Positions 16,897 through 24,876 of a DNA stretch of 29,881 nucleotides are shown here, one piece after another. Location of the stretch: positions 1-29,881 of IMG/VR virus record IMGVR_UViG_3300020044_006114; one strand, 5' to 3'. Numbering within the stretch: position 1 is the first letter of the stretch; each line of letters begins with the position of its first letter. This DNA is from a virus. Lineage: Duplodnaviria > Caudoviricetes. Made by a program: the position numbers and the translations under genes. The notes beneath the pieces are model-generated. The model did no database searches. It was not told the origin of the DNA and saw nothing but the letters and a program-made list of their open reading frames with translations.

Positions 16897-17553
16897 ATGA
16901 AAAAATCTTTTATCGTTTACACCGATTCGCTCAATATCCTGAGCGATCTAACCGCCGAACAAGCGGGGGAATTATTTAAAGCTATTTATAATTATCACTC
17001 AACCGGGGAATTACCGAGCGAATTTTGGCTCAAGATTGCATTAACTCCATTCGTTAACCAATGGGAGCGAGACGCTGAAAAATGGGAGCAAGTGAAACAA
17101 GTGAGGCGAGAAAGCGGCCGAAAAGGTGGGTTAATGAAAGCTCAAAATAACCCAAATAACCCAGTCGGTTCTCAGGAAACCCAAACTAAGCAAATGGTAG
17201 CAAATGCTAAAGATGCTAAGCAAACGTTAGCAAACGTAGCTGTTAATGTAAATGATAATGTAAATGTTAATGGTAATGTAAATGTTACTAAAGAAAAAAA
17301 ATCTATAAAAAAAGAAATCCAACCGCCAACGCTCGAAGAGGTGAAACAATGGTTTACCGAGCAAGGTTCCACACCTGAGCAAGGGGCCAAAGCGTGGCAA
17401 TACTACGCCGACGGGAATTGGCATGACGCTAAAGGCCAACCCGTCAAAAACTGGCGGCAAAAGATGAGGGGAGGCCGTTGGCTTGAATCAGTTAACCCAG
17501 TTGAACCCATCAAAACATACCAAAATTTAACTAATGATTACACCCCACTTTAA
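16897..17553 (+). CDS. Phage replication initiator (DUF6291-like N-terminus)
   Basis: MKKSFIVY...LTAEQAGELFKAI, SGRKGG, VNVNDN linker, PPTLEEV...YY..GNW...KNWR C-terminal domain; directly upstream of DnaB. Confidence 0.82.
   Translation: MKKSFIVYTDSLNILSDLTAEQAGELFKAIYNYHSTGELPSEFWLKIALTPFVNQWERDAEKWEQVKQVRRESGRKGGLMKAQNNPNNPVGSQETQTKQMVANAKDAKQTLANVAVNVNDNVNVNGNVNVTKEKKSIKKEIQPPTLEEVKQWFTEQGSTPEQGAKAWQYYADGNWHDAKGQPVKNWRQKMRGGRWLESVNPVEPIKTYQNLTNDYTPL
17186..17286 (+). repeat. Putative replication origin: AGCAAA iteron-like repeats plus an AT-rich AATGTW tract
   Basis: AGCAAA at 17189, 17199, 17219 and 17229, followed by hexamer repeats at ~17245-17286. Confidence 0.65.
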
Positions 17554-18886
17554 TACTACTCTTATTCCACCGAGCGACACCGAGCTCGAGAAAACTATCT
17601 TAGGAGCTATTTTGCTCGATTTTAACGCGCTTAATCGCATCGAAGGTATAATTACACCACAAAAATTTTTTGACCCGCGTAATGGGCTTATAATGGAATC
17701 GGTTTTAAAACTCAAAAGTGAAAATAAACCCATCGACATTTTAACCGTTACCCAAACGCTGAGAAAAAATAACCAACTGAGCGCCGCGGGCGGGCCTATT
17801 TACCTCTCCGAACTCACTAACCGCGTAGCATCAACAGCTAATTTGGAAGCGTGGGCGCTTACGCTTACTGAAATGTATCTTAAACGCGAGTTGAGTAAAA
17901 CTGCCTCGCGCATCGCCGAGCTCTCACTTTCCCCCGAAGTCGACCCTTTTGAACTTTATAACCAATTTTCGGCTGAGTTAACCGACCTGATTCGAGATAA
18001 CCTTAAAGGCCAGTCGATGCACGTTTCCACTATTACCCCCGAAACCTCCGAGAGCATCGAGGCGAGGGAAAAAACGGGGGTGGCGGGATTGCCTACGGGA
18101 ATTCGGGCAATCGATGGCGTACTCGGTGGGCATCAAAAGAGCGACCTCGTTTATGTGGCGGCTCGCCCCGGTATGGGTAAAACCTCATTCGCTATTTCGG
18201 TGCTCTTAAATATGGCCCAGCAAGGAAAGCCCGTCGCATTTTTCAGCCTCGAAATGAGCCGCGTTCAAATCGTTTTCCGAATGGCCTCCATTCTCTCAGG
18301 ATTAAACGCCGAAATGCTCGCAAAGCACCGACTCGACCGCGAGGCAAAAGTGAAATACTACCAAATCGTTGACCGCATTAACGCGCTACCGATTTATATT
18401 GACGATAACGCGGCCTTGAGTATCTACGATTTAAAAACCCGCGTCCGTACACTCAGAGAAAAATATAAAATCGAGGCCGTTTTTATCGACTATGTTCAAC
18501 TAATCGCGGCCGCCAAATCGAAAACGGCCAACCGCGAGCAAGAGGTGAGCGCAATAAGCCGAGGACTCAAGTTAATCGCCAAAGAAAACGACCTCCCCGT
18601 TATCGCGCTGGCTCAGTTATCGCGATCACTCGAAACCCGAAGCGATAAAAGGCCGATGCTCTCCGACCTCAGGGACTCGGGTTCGCTCGAGCAAGATGCC
18701 GATGTTGTTTCGTTTCTTTACCGCCAAGATTATTACGACAAAACCAGCGGTATTAACACTGCCGAGTTTATAATCGCCAAACATCGTAACGGCCGAACTG
18801 GTTTCGTAAATATAAATTTCACCCCCGAAACGATGCACTACTCAGACACTACTAAACCAATAATAAACGAATCTTGGGAATTATGA
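17534..18886 (+). CDS. dnaB: Replicative DNA helicase DnaB
   Basis: AARPGMGKT, FSLEMS, IDYVQL, LAQLSR, SDLRDSGSLEQDAD and IAKHRNG motifs. Confidence 0.97.
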   Translation: MITPHFNTTLIPPSDTELEKTILGAILLDFNALNRIEGIITPQKFFDPRNGLIMESVLKLKSENKPIDILTVTQTLRKNNQLSAAGGPIYLSELTNRVASTANLEAWALTLTEMYLKRELSKTASRIAELSLSPEVDPFELYNQFSAELTDLIRDNLKGQSMHVSTITPETSESIEAREKTGVAGLPTGIRAIDGVLGGHQKSDLVYVAARPGMGKTSFAISVLLNMAQQGKPVAFFSLEMSRVQIVFRMASILSGLNAEMLAKHRLDREAKVKYYQIVDRINALPIYIDDNAALSIYDLKTRVRTLREKYKIEAVFIDYVQLIAAAKSKTANREQEVSAISRGLKLIAKENDLPVIALAQLSRSLETRSDKRPMLSDLRDSGSLEQDADVVSFLYRQDYYDKTSGINTAEFIIAKHRNGRTGFVNINFTPETMHYSDTTKPIINESWEL

Positions 18887-19074
18887 GGCATAAATGGAAA
18901 AATGCAAATGGCTTAGAACACGATCATAACGAGGAAAAATCTCAATGCGAAAATTGTGGTATTATAAGGCTTAGAGGTGGTAATCACGAATTTCCTCAGG
19001 TTTATTATTACCCTTTCGATTGGGGAGTCAGATACAAAGCGCCAAAATGTGAATTAAAAAAACGATTATTTTAA
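18883..19074 (+). CDS. Small His/Cys putative Zn-finger protein
   Basis: RHKW...CENCG...PKC; ATGA overlap with the dnaB stop. Confidence 0.65.
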   Translation: MRHKWKNANGLEHDHNEEKSQCENCGIIRLRGGNHEFPQVYYYPFDWGVRYKAPKCELKKRLF

Positions 19075-19075
19075 T

Positions 19076-19270
19076 ATGAGAATCTTTAAAAACTCCGACG
19101 GTTCTTTTGACATCGTAAACACTAACCGCGTATTATTCCACGCGAAAAATGGAACGTGTAAGGTAATCGGCCGAGTATCGGAGCGCTGGCGAACGGCATC
19201 CAAACAAGTTTACCGATTGCCCTTGAGCGTTATGAGGTTTCGCGATCAAATCGAAAATGAAATAATTTAA
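19076..19270 (+). CDS. Hypothetical protein, 64 aa
   Basis: Tightly packed ORF in the operon. Confidence 0.7.
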   Translation: MRIFKNSDGSFDIVNTNRVLFHAKNGTCKVIGRVSERWRTASKQVYRLPLSVMRFRDQIENEII

Positions 19271-19272
19271 AA

Positions 19273-19497
19273 ATGGAAATACCCAAAGAAATCAATATTT
19301 CGGAAGTTACCAGAACCGTAATGAAAGAAATTGATTTATCGCGCGATATTCGTTATTCAGCTTTAATCAATGGCGAAAGGGTAATGTATGCAACAGATGG
19401 CGTTTTTAAACCTCATTTATCGATCACTCAATGGGTTCAAAAGGTTCTTTTCCTTTACATTGAACGTTATAATCACTTTAATGAGGCGAATAAATGA
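19273..19497 (+). CDS. Hypothetical protein, 74 aa
   Basis: Tightly packed ORF; overlaps the ninG start. Confidence 0.65.
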   Translation: MEIPKEINISEVTRTVMKEIDLSRDIRYSALINGERVMYATDGVFKPHLSITQWVQKVLFLYIERYNHFNEANK

Positions 19498-20030
19498 AAC
19501 GTTGCCGAGTGTGTAAAGAGAAATTCGTTCCGACTTATTCGAGCCTGCAAGCGACGTGTGTAAAACCGAGTTGCCTCATCGAATGGGGACGTATAACCGA
19601 GCGAAAAAAGGCGAAGCGGGAAATAAAGCGGATGCGCGAGAATATTAAGAGCGTGAGCCAATATCGGAGGGAATTGCAAAAGATATTCAACGAGTTCATT
19701 CGACTCAGGGATAAAAACGAACCTTGCATAAGTTGCGGGAAACCACTCCCCGCTAAATACGACGCGGGTCATTTTTACTCGGTGGGCAGTTACCCAAACC
19801 TCAGATTTAACGAGGACAACGTCCACGGCCAATGCGTCGAATGCAACCAGCATAAACACGGTAATCTTTTAGAATACGCGCCACGCTTAAGCGAACGAAT
19901 CGGATTCGAACGGGCGAGCAAATTAATGATTCTACGAAACGAGCCATTACGGATGCCACTCGATGAGGTGAAATCGAAAATAGAACACTATAAAAAAGCC
20001 GTTAAAGAATGGAAATCGAAGAGCGAGTAA
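19494..20030 (+). CDS. ninG: NinG/Rap family recombination endonuclease
   Basis: CRVC, FNEFIRLRD...CISCG...DAGHF...LRFNEDNVHGQCVECN. Confidence 0.92.
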   Translation: MKRCRVCKEKFVPTYSSLQATCVKPSCLIEWGRITERKKAKREIKRMRENIKSVSQYRRELQKIFNEFIRLRDKNEPCISCGKPLPAKYDAGHFYSVGSYPNLRFNEDNVHGQCVECNQHKHGNLLEYAPRLSERIGFERASKLMILRNEPLRMPLDEVKSKIEHYKKAVKEWKSKSE

Positions 20031-20173
20031 GGGCTTTAAAAAGCGAGTTGTTTATCTTGACCGTGCGGCGATCACTCCGCCCATCGATTGCCGATAATAA
20101 ACGAATGTGGGAAATAATGGCCGAGCTTTATGAGCTCACTAACGATGAAATTTTTAATTTAAAAACCAAATAA
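20009..20173 (+). CDS. Small helical protein, LYxLT family copy C, 54 aa
   Basis: MEIEERVRALKSELFILTVRRSLRPSIADNKRMWEIMAELYELTNDEIFNLKTK; fills the gap. Confidence 0.72.
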   Translation: MEIEERVRALKSELFILTVRRSLRPSIADNKRMWEIMAELYELTNDEIFNLKTK

Positions 20174-20174
20174 A

Positions 20175-20411
20175 ATGAGTAATTACGAACAAAAAGAGGG
20201 GCAAGGCTCCTTATTCAGAAACGACAAAAAAGGAAACGAGAAAGCGCCCGACTATCGCGGCTCGCTCAAGTGGAAAAACCAAACGTTGAATGTGGTCGGC
20301 TGGGTAAAAGACGCTAAAAACGGAACGAAATTCCTTAGCCTAAAAGTTGAAGCCATCGACACAACCGAAAAACCTCAAACGAATGAGCCCGGTAACGACC
20401 TCCCTTTCTGA
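20175..20411 (+). CDS. Small ssDNA-binding-like protein (DUF736-like)
   Basis: GSLFRN...PDYRG...GW...FLSL with an SSB-like C-terminal DLPF. Confidence 0.75.
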   Translation: MSNYEQKEGQGSLFRNDKKGNEKAPDYRGSLKWKNQTLNVVGWVKDAKNGTKFLSLKVEAIDTTEKPQTNEPGNDLPF

Positions 20412-20550
20412 GCTAATCGAGCAACTCGATAAAATAATCGAGGTATATAAGCCGCACCAACTGAATTATTCAGACGGCACGCGCGGTTATGTCAACGGAT
20501 TAAAAGAGGCCCGCCATTTGGCCCAAAACCTTTTAAACAGAGAATTATGA
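20383..20550 (+). CDS. Hypothetical protein, ~55 aa
   Basis: MSPVTTSLSELIEQLDKII...; ATGA overlap with the next ORF. Confidence 0.6.
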   Translation: MSPVTTSLSELIEQLDKIIEVYKPHQLNYSDGTRGYVNGLKEARHLAQNLLNREL

Positions 20551-20714
20551 GAACCCAAATTTATGATTTCAGCAACGCGATTCGAATCCTTAAGTTAAGA
20601 AAGGAACGCCACGAATTACTCTATTCCAATAAGGCGGCCGATATTCATCGACACCACCAAATTAGTAGCGAGTTATATGAGTTAACTCATAACCCGATTT
20701 ACCTCAGGTTTTAA
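20547..20714 (+). CDS. Small helical protein, LYxLT family copy D, 55 aa
   Basis: MRTQIYDFSNAIRILKLRKERHELLYSNKAADIHRHHQISSELYELTHNPIYLRF; last gene of the + arm, stop overlaps the endolysin stop. Confidence 0.75.
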   Translation: MRTQIYDFSNAIRILKLRKERHELLYSNKAADIHRHHQISSELYELTHNPIYLRF

Positions 20715-21094
20715 ACTTGGAAGTGTGGGCGGTCTTTAAATTTTTTCCATTTGCCGCCCCATTCAACCGAGGGGTATTTTTCGGCGAGAATGGCCGCAAA
20801 TTTCTCGAATAAGGCGGGGCTCCAGTCAAGGGCCCCGCTTTCGTTTTTAAATGCAATATCGAAAGCCTTAGCGGGGTTCGAATTGTGCTTACCATTGCGG
20901 GCTATCTGAGTAACCACCTTACCCGGTTTAGTTCGACCCTGAGCATATAGCGCCGCTTGCTCATCGTTATTCCGATAAGTACACGTTAAAAAGGGCTGGG
21001 GCTCGGTTGGGTGCAATTCGGCGAATGTCTTGGAACCATAGGCCCAAGCCTCTCGCAGTACCTCAACGCAAAATTCAATTTTCCGACTCGGCAT
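20711..21094 (-). CDS. Endolysin, M15-family L-Ala-D-Glu peptidase
   Basis: YR...EQAALYAQGRTKPG, H...AFD, EWGGKW..FKDRPHFQ. Confidence 0.9.
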   Translation of the reverse strand: MPSRKIEFCVEVLREAWAYGSKTFAELHPTEPQPFLTCTYRNNDEQAALYAQGRTKPGKVVTQIARNGKHNSNPAKAFDIAFKNESGALDWSPALFEKFAAILAEKYPSVEWGGKWKKFKDRPHFQV

Positions 21095-21206
21095 TAATTG
21101 ACTTTTTTAGTTTTCTTTTCTCGATGGCGCGTATAATTAAGCCAATCAGAATGATAATAACCTCGCGAATCGCATCGCCGTTTGAAGTGGGTAAAAGTTC
21201 CTCCAT
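21075..21206 (-). CDS. Small TM protein, holin-like, 43 aa
   Basis: MEELLPTSNGDAIREVIIILIGLIIRAIEKRKLKKSINAESEN; directly upstream of the endolysin. Confidence 0.6.
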   Translation of the reverse strand: MEELLPTSNGDAIREVIIILIGLIIRAIEKRKLKKSINAESEN

Positions 21207-21218
21207 TTTATTTTTGAT

Positions 21219-21431
21219 TTAATCGGTTAGTTCGTCATCGTCGTGATCGTCAGAGCTCCATAACGAGGCCCACAATCCTATAAAAAAAATATTCACGTTA
21301 TCGACCGCCTTGTCGAGCATCTTTAAGATACGGTTTTCGCTCTCGTTCATTAAACGATTTAAAACCATAAACTCATAAACGATATAAAGCCCGAAAACAA
21401 CCAGCGCAATGATGAGCCCCGCGAGTATCAT
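21219..21431 (-). CDS. Membrane protein in the lysis cassette, 70 aa
   Basis: N-terminal TM segment, second hydrophobic patch and acidic tail. Confidence 0.6.
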   Translation of the reverse strand: MILAGLIIALVVFGLYIVYEFMVLNRLMNESENRILKMLDKAVDNVNIFFIGLWASLWSSDDHDDDELTD

Positions 21432-21649
21432 TCGGACTCTTTTTTCTTAAATTTACTCGGAAACAAAAGCATTCCCATAAATTTCCAAAATGCTATTGAA
21501 GCCCCAAGATATGCAAGGAATTTCGCGCAGTCCATTAATAACGGCGGGAATCCACTCGCAAACTCGAGCCCCGTTGCAACGAGTAACATAGTACCCGTTT
21601 TAAACATAGCGTCTACGGGTTGGCTCAAGTCAATGTCGAGGAGGTTCAT
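21428..21649 (-). CDS. Putative holin (2 TM), 73 aa
   Basis: Two hydrophobic segments and a basic C-terminus; upstream of the endolysin. Confidence 0.6.
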   Translation of the reverse strand: MNLLDIDLSQPVDAMFKTGTMLLVATGLEFASGFPPLLMDCAKFLAYLGASIAFWKFMGMLLFPSKFKKKESE

Positions 21650-21747
21650 TTTTTCGGTTTCGTTTTACTGAGTAGTTGCTTTTCGTAGCGTTTCAACGCC
21701 TCGATATATAAACGGCGTTTCTCGGCGGTTTTACTGATTTTAGTCAT
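21646..21747 (-). CDS. Basic micro-protein, 33 aa
   Basis: MTKISKTAEKRRLYIEALKRYEKQLLSKTKPKK; TAATG and ATGA overlaps at its two ends. Confidence 0.65.
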   Translation of the reverse strand: MTKISKTAEKRRLYIEALKRYEKQLLSKTKPKK

Positions 21748-22313
21748 TAAGGTATTTGATTAATTGAGCGGTAACGATAACCCGTTCTCGAGCTCGCAGT
21801 ATTGCCAGTCGAAAAGATATAACTCGCCGAACTCTTTTGAATTGTAATCGGCGGGCGCTGGGGCCATTGATTGTTACTATACTCAGGCAGTAAACTCGAA
21901 TTCGCGCATAACCAGTCAACCATTAGCGAGGTGTAATGCTCGGCATTTTGTTGCCAACGTGTTAACTGGTCTTTAAAAATAACGTCGCCGACTGGCTGAG
22001 AGTCCTCGGAGGTTCGTTGCACCATTGTGCCGTTATCGACTTTATAAGTGAGCGTCGGAGCGGCCTCTACCATAGCCCACCACAACACAACTCGGCGGGC
22101 ATAATCCTCAACTAAGTCTTGGTACGCCCCCGCGAGCGTGTTGTTTAGTATATCGTTTTTAATCTTTTCATAAAGCGAGGTTCCCAAATAAGGCGCGAGG
22201 TGTTTATCCTGAGCCAAGTAAATAGCGGGGTACAACAAGTTAGGATCGACCGCGCCGTTTATGTTCGTGTATTTTTTGATATACACATCATTGATTAAAA
22301 GTATTTCAGCCAT
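21747..22313 (-). CDS. Head-tail adaptor-like protein, 188 aa
   Basis: INGAVD...AQDKHL..YLGTSLY...LLPEY; immediately follows the portal gene. Confidence 0.6.
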   Translation of the reverse strand: MAEILLINDVYIKKYTNINGAVDPNLLYPAIYLAQDKHLAPYLGTSLYEKIKNDILNNTLAGAYQDLVEDYARRVVLWWAMVEAAPTLTYKVDNGTMVQRTSEDSQPVGDVIFKDQLTRWQQNAEHYTSLMVDWLCANSSLLPEYSNNQWPQRPPITIQKSSASYIFSTGNTASSRTGYRYRSINQIP

Positions 22314-22319
22314 TGTATT

Positions 22320-24431
22320 TTATCTTCTATAATTTTTTCCCTCAATGCCATAAACTGGGTTCGTTGGTAAAAACCCGTTGTAGTCCATATCGATAGGCCA
22401 CAACGCAACCAGCTCAGGGTTTCGCACTTTATACCCCATTTTCTCGGCCCTTGCAACCGCGATTTTTTGCGCGTCGTTAGCGAGTGGATTTATTCCTTTC
22501 GCGTTAATATAAACCTCTTTACGCCAAAAATGGTGACAATTCCCACCGCCTTTATAAAGCCAAATCGAGTAGAAATCGGAACCATTCGGGCCCCATTTAG
22601 GATTTACAGCTCTTAACTCCATAGCCTCAATATCCTCTTTACGATACAACTTGTCGGCGGCCTTCATTTTTTTACAAAACTCTCGCTCGGTTACTGAGTC
22701 GCCCGAATATCGGTAACGCGTCATAAACGTGACCCCCGCATAATTCGTTTCGTCTTGGTCGCTCGGAGCCATTGGTTTCGCGCTTCCCGTCGAAGCCAGT
22801 TCGTGAGCCTCGATTTTGATTAATTCCTCGTTTTCTAAATCGTCGTTCTCGTAGTCAACCTCGTAACTATCGATTAAGATATAACCCTCGGGAGTGTCCT
22901 CACCTAACGCTATAAGTTCGTCGGCAACTTGTGAACTCAGGCTTTCGCGGTTAATTCGAGTCACGATTCGAGCGGCCCAATCGCGCCCAGCATCACCGCC
23001 CCAAAGTTGCCACGCTATGCGCCCCGCACTTGGAAAACCCTCCTCACCCGAGGACCAACCTTTCGCCTTTTTGTCGATTTCGTGACGGCTGAAATATGAG
23101 TTCATTCGCTTAATAGTGTCAACCGATAGGTTTCGTAAATTCGAAATATCGCGAGCCCTTGCAACTCCGACCTCGGTTCCCCCTCTCCCGTACTGCTCGC
23201 GCCATTTTAGCCCCAATTCGGCCGCTCGGGCCATTTCATTGGTGGGCTTATATGAGTCCTCGGCTAATTCAACCGAACAACACTTTTTTTTTTCAGCCTC
23301 GAGGGCGGCGGGTTGCGCTGGAGCGGTAACCGTGGTCGGTTCCTCTTTTTTAAGCGGTGTATTCGGAACGACCGTAATAGTTAAACCGGGCATTTCCCAA
23401 CTTAAAACGTCCTCGAATGCTTTGGAAATTTTACGTTGAGCGGGCTCAATAACTTGGTTAGTGAAAATTTCTAATCCCACCGCCATCTCATCTTTATTCG
23501 AGCCGAATCCCGAGGCCGAACGAATACCGAATAAAAGCGGTGTCGTTACACGATGGGCAACCATTATAAGCGACGTACTTTCCTCGCTTAAAAATTGGTA
23601 TTGTTTATCGGCATCACTCAGCGGAAAAGTCGTAATATCAGGTTTCGGCGTGTCTCTCTCGTTAAAAGTCATTATAAATTTACCCGCATTTTTCGCCCCC
23701 GTTAATTCACGTTCCCAATCCCGTTTCATTTCCCTCTGTTGTTCGGGGTCGGGGGCACCTTGGAACATTGAAACGATGAAGCTCGGCATTAAGCCGTTTA
23801 CGATATTGTTAATGTGATAAACTGAAATTTCCTTAGCTAATTCAATTGAGTTAATCGCTGAGTAGTAATCGGGACGCGGGTAAAATTGGCCGCTTGTATA
23901 ATTGAAACAATAATAAATTTGGCGAGGTTCCTCAGCGTTTTTAGCGATATTAAAAAGCGGAATGAATTCTGGCTTATTCCTTTTGCGCTTAGTAGCCGCC
24001 CAATCGTTCGAATGCCAAACGCCCATTATTTCCTCGTCCTCGCCGTGAATTCCCAAACGACACTCCTCGAATGGAATGTGGCGCAGTTTCGCAATATTCT
24101 CGCGATCGTAAGTATAAATTACCTCGATGTAAAAACCGCCGTATTTTTTGTAGTCGTGAGACGCGCCGTAATAAACGTCGTATGTTTTTAGCTCCTCAAT
24201 GCGCTTTTGATACAATCCCGCCTCGAGTGATTTGCCCGCTATCATATCGCCAATCGAAATACACAAAGAACCGTGAACGGCTCCCGTTTGGGCGAGCTCG
24301 CGGAGGTATTGGGGGAAAAGATTATTAACCCCAAAATTCACCCAGCCTCCGCGGTCGGTTTTTTCGGCTGAACTTATAACCGTATAATCGGCGAGCTTTA
24401 CACTAACCGCATTGTTAAGAGCTTTATCCAT
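22320..24431 (-). CDS. Portal protein with C-terminal extension (helical insert plus MuF-like Cys/His domain)
   Basis: FGVNNLFPQYL, YPRPDY, NGLMPS, GAKNAGK and AHRVTTPLLFGI portal motifs in aa 1-360; REFC...GGGNCHHFW in the extension. Confidence 0.85.
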   Translation of the reverse strand: MDKALNNAVSVKLADYTVISSAEKTDRGGWVNFGVNNLFPQYLRELAQTGAVHGSLCISIGDMIAGKSLEAGLYQKRIEELKTYDVYYGASHDYKKYGGFYIEVIYTYDRENIAKLRHIPFEECRLGIHGEDEEIMGVWHSNDWAATKRKRNKPEFIPLFNIAKNAEEPRQIYYCFNYTSGQFYPRPDYYSAINSIELAKEISVYHINNIVNGLMPSFIVSMFQGAPDPEQQREMKRDWERELTGAKNAGKFIMTFNERDTPKPDITTFPLSDADKQYQFLSEESTSLIMVAHRVTTPLLFGIRSASGFGSNKDEMAVGLEIFTNQVIEPAQRKISKAFEDVLSWEMPGLTITVVPNTPLKKEEPTTVTAPAQPAALEAEKKKCCSVELAEDSYKPTNEMARAAELGLKWREQYGRGGTEVGVARARDISNLRNLSVDTIKRMNSYFSRHEIDKKAKGWSSGEEGFPSAGRIAWQLWGGDAGRDWAARIVTRINRESLSSQVADELIALGEDTPEGYILIDSYEVDYENDDLENEELIKIEAHELASTGSAKPMAPSDQDETNYAGVTFMTRYRYSGDSVTEREFCKKMKAADKLYRKEDIEAMELRAVNPKWGPNGSDFYSIWLYKGGGNCHHFWRKEVYINAKGINPLANDAQKIAVARAEKMGYKVRNPELVALWPIDMDYNGFLPTNPVYGIEGKNYRR

Positions 24432-24813
24432 TGTAAATAATATCGTCGTTAATAGTTATAGTGGGTATATCGTAAAACGTGGTTGCGTCACTCATTACGG
24501 CCCATCCTATGCGGCATAAACCAACCACCGAGGCGTCGTTCGGATTAAGATTCACGGCCGAATTTTGGCCATAAACATAATACCGATAACGCCCCGCGAG
24601 AGTAAGCCCCGCAGTAGTAACGGTTAACGTGGTTATTCGTTGGTTTTCGTTTACTATCGTCACAACTTGAGCGAGGTCGGTTCCCGTAGTCGAGTTTTCT
24701 TCGTGGGTTAAAATTAGTAAATAATGGGTAAATGCAGTCGCGAAATATTGGCGGCTCTCATCGAGTGCCAACCTCATTATTTGCCCCGCTTGGTTAGTAG
24801 TTAAGTATTCCAT
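24424..24813 (-). CDS. Virion-associated beta-rich protein, 129 aa (start 24813)
   Basis: Lies between the major tail and portal genes; GRYRYYVYGQ motif; the longer track start overlaps a terminator. Confidence 0.6.
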   Translation of the reverse strand: MEYLTTNQAGQIMRLALDESRQYFATAFTHYLLILTHEENSTTGTDLAQVVTIVNENQRITTLTVTTAGLTLAGRYRYYVYGQNSAVNLNPNDASVVGLCRIGWAVMSDATTFYDIPTITINDDIIYNG

Positions 24814-24821
24814 TATTTTAT

Positions 24822-24848
24822 AAAAAAAGGGCGGGCAAAAACCCACCC
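24822..24848 (-). terminator. Intrinsic terminator after the major tail gene
   Basis: GGGTGGG-TTTTTG-CCCGCCC followed by T7 on the minus strand. Confidence 0.8.
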
Positions 24849-24876
24849 CGTTTTAAACATCTAAACCCTTTATATA

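Noticed and set aside
19557-19565. Single DnaA-box match (TGTGTAAAA) inside ninG
   Set aside because: An isolated coding-region match is expected by chance.
11642-20550. Similarity between 11642..11920 (AGYREVLKMAEQF) and 20383..20550 (RGYVNGLKEARHL)
   Set aside because: Too short and weak to call paralogy by eye.
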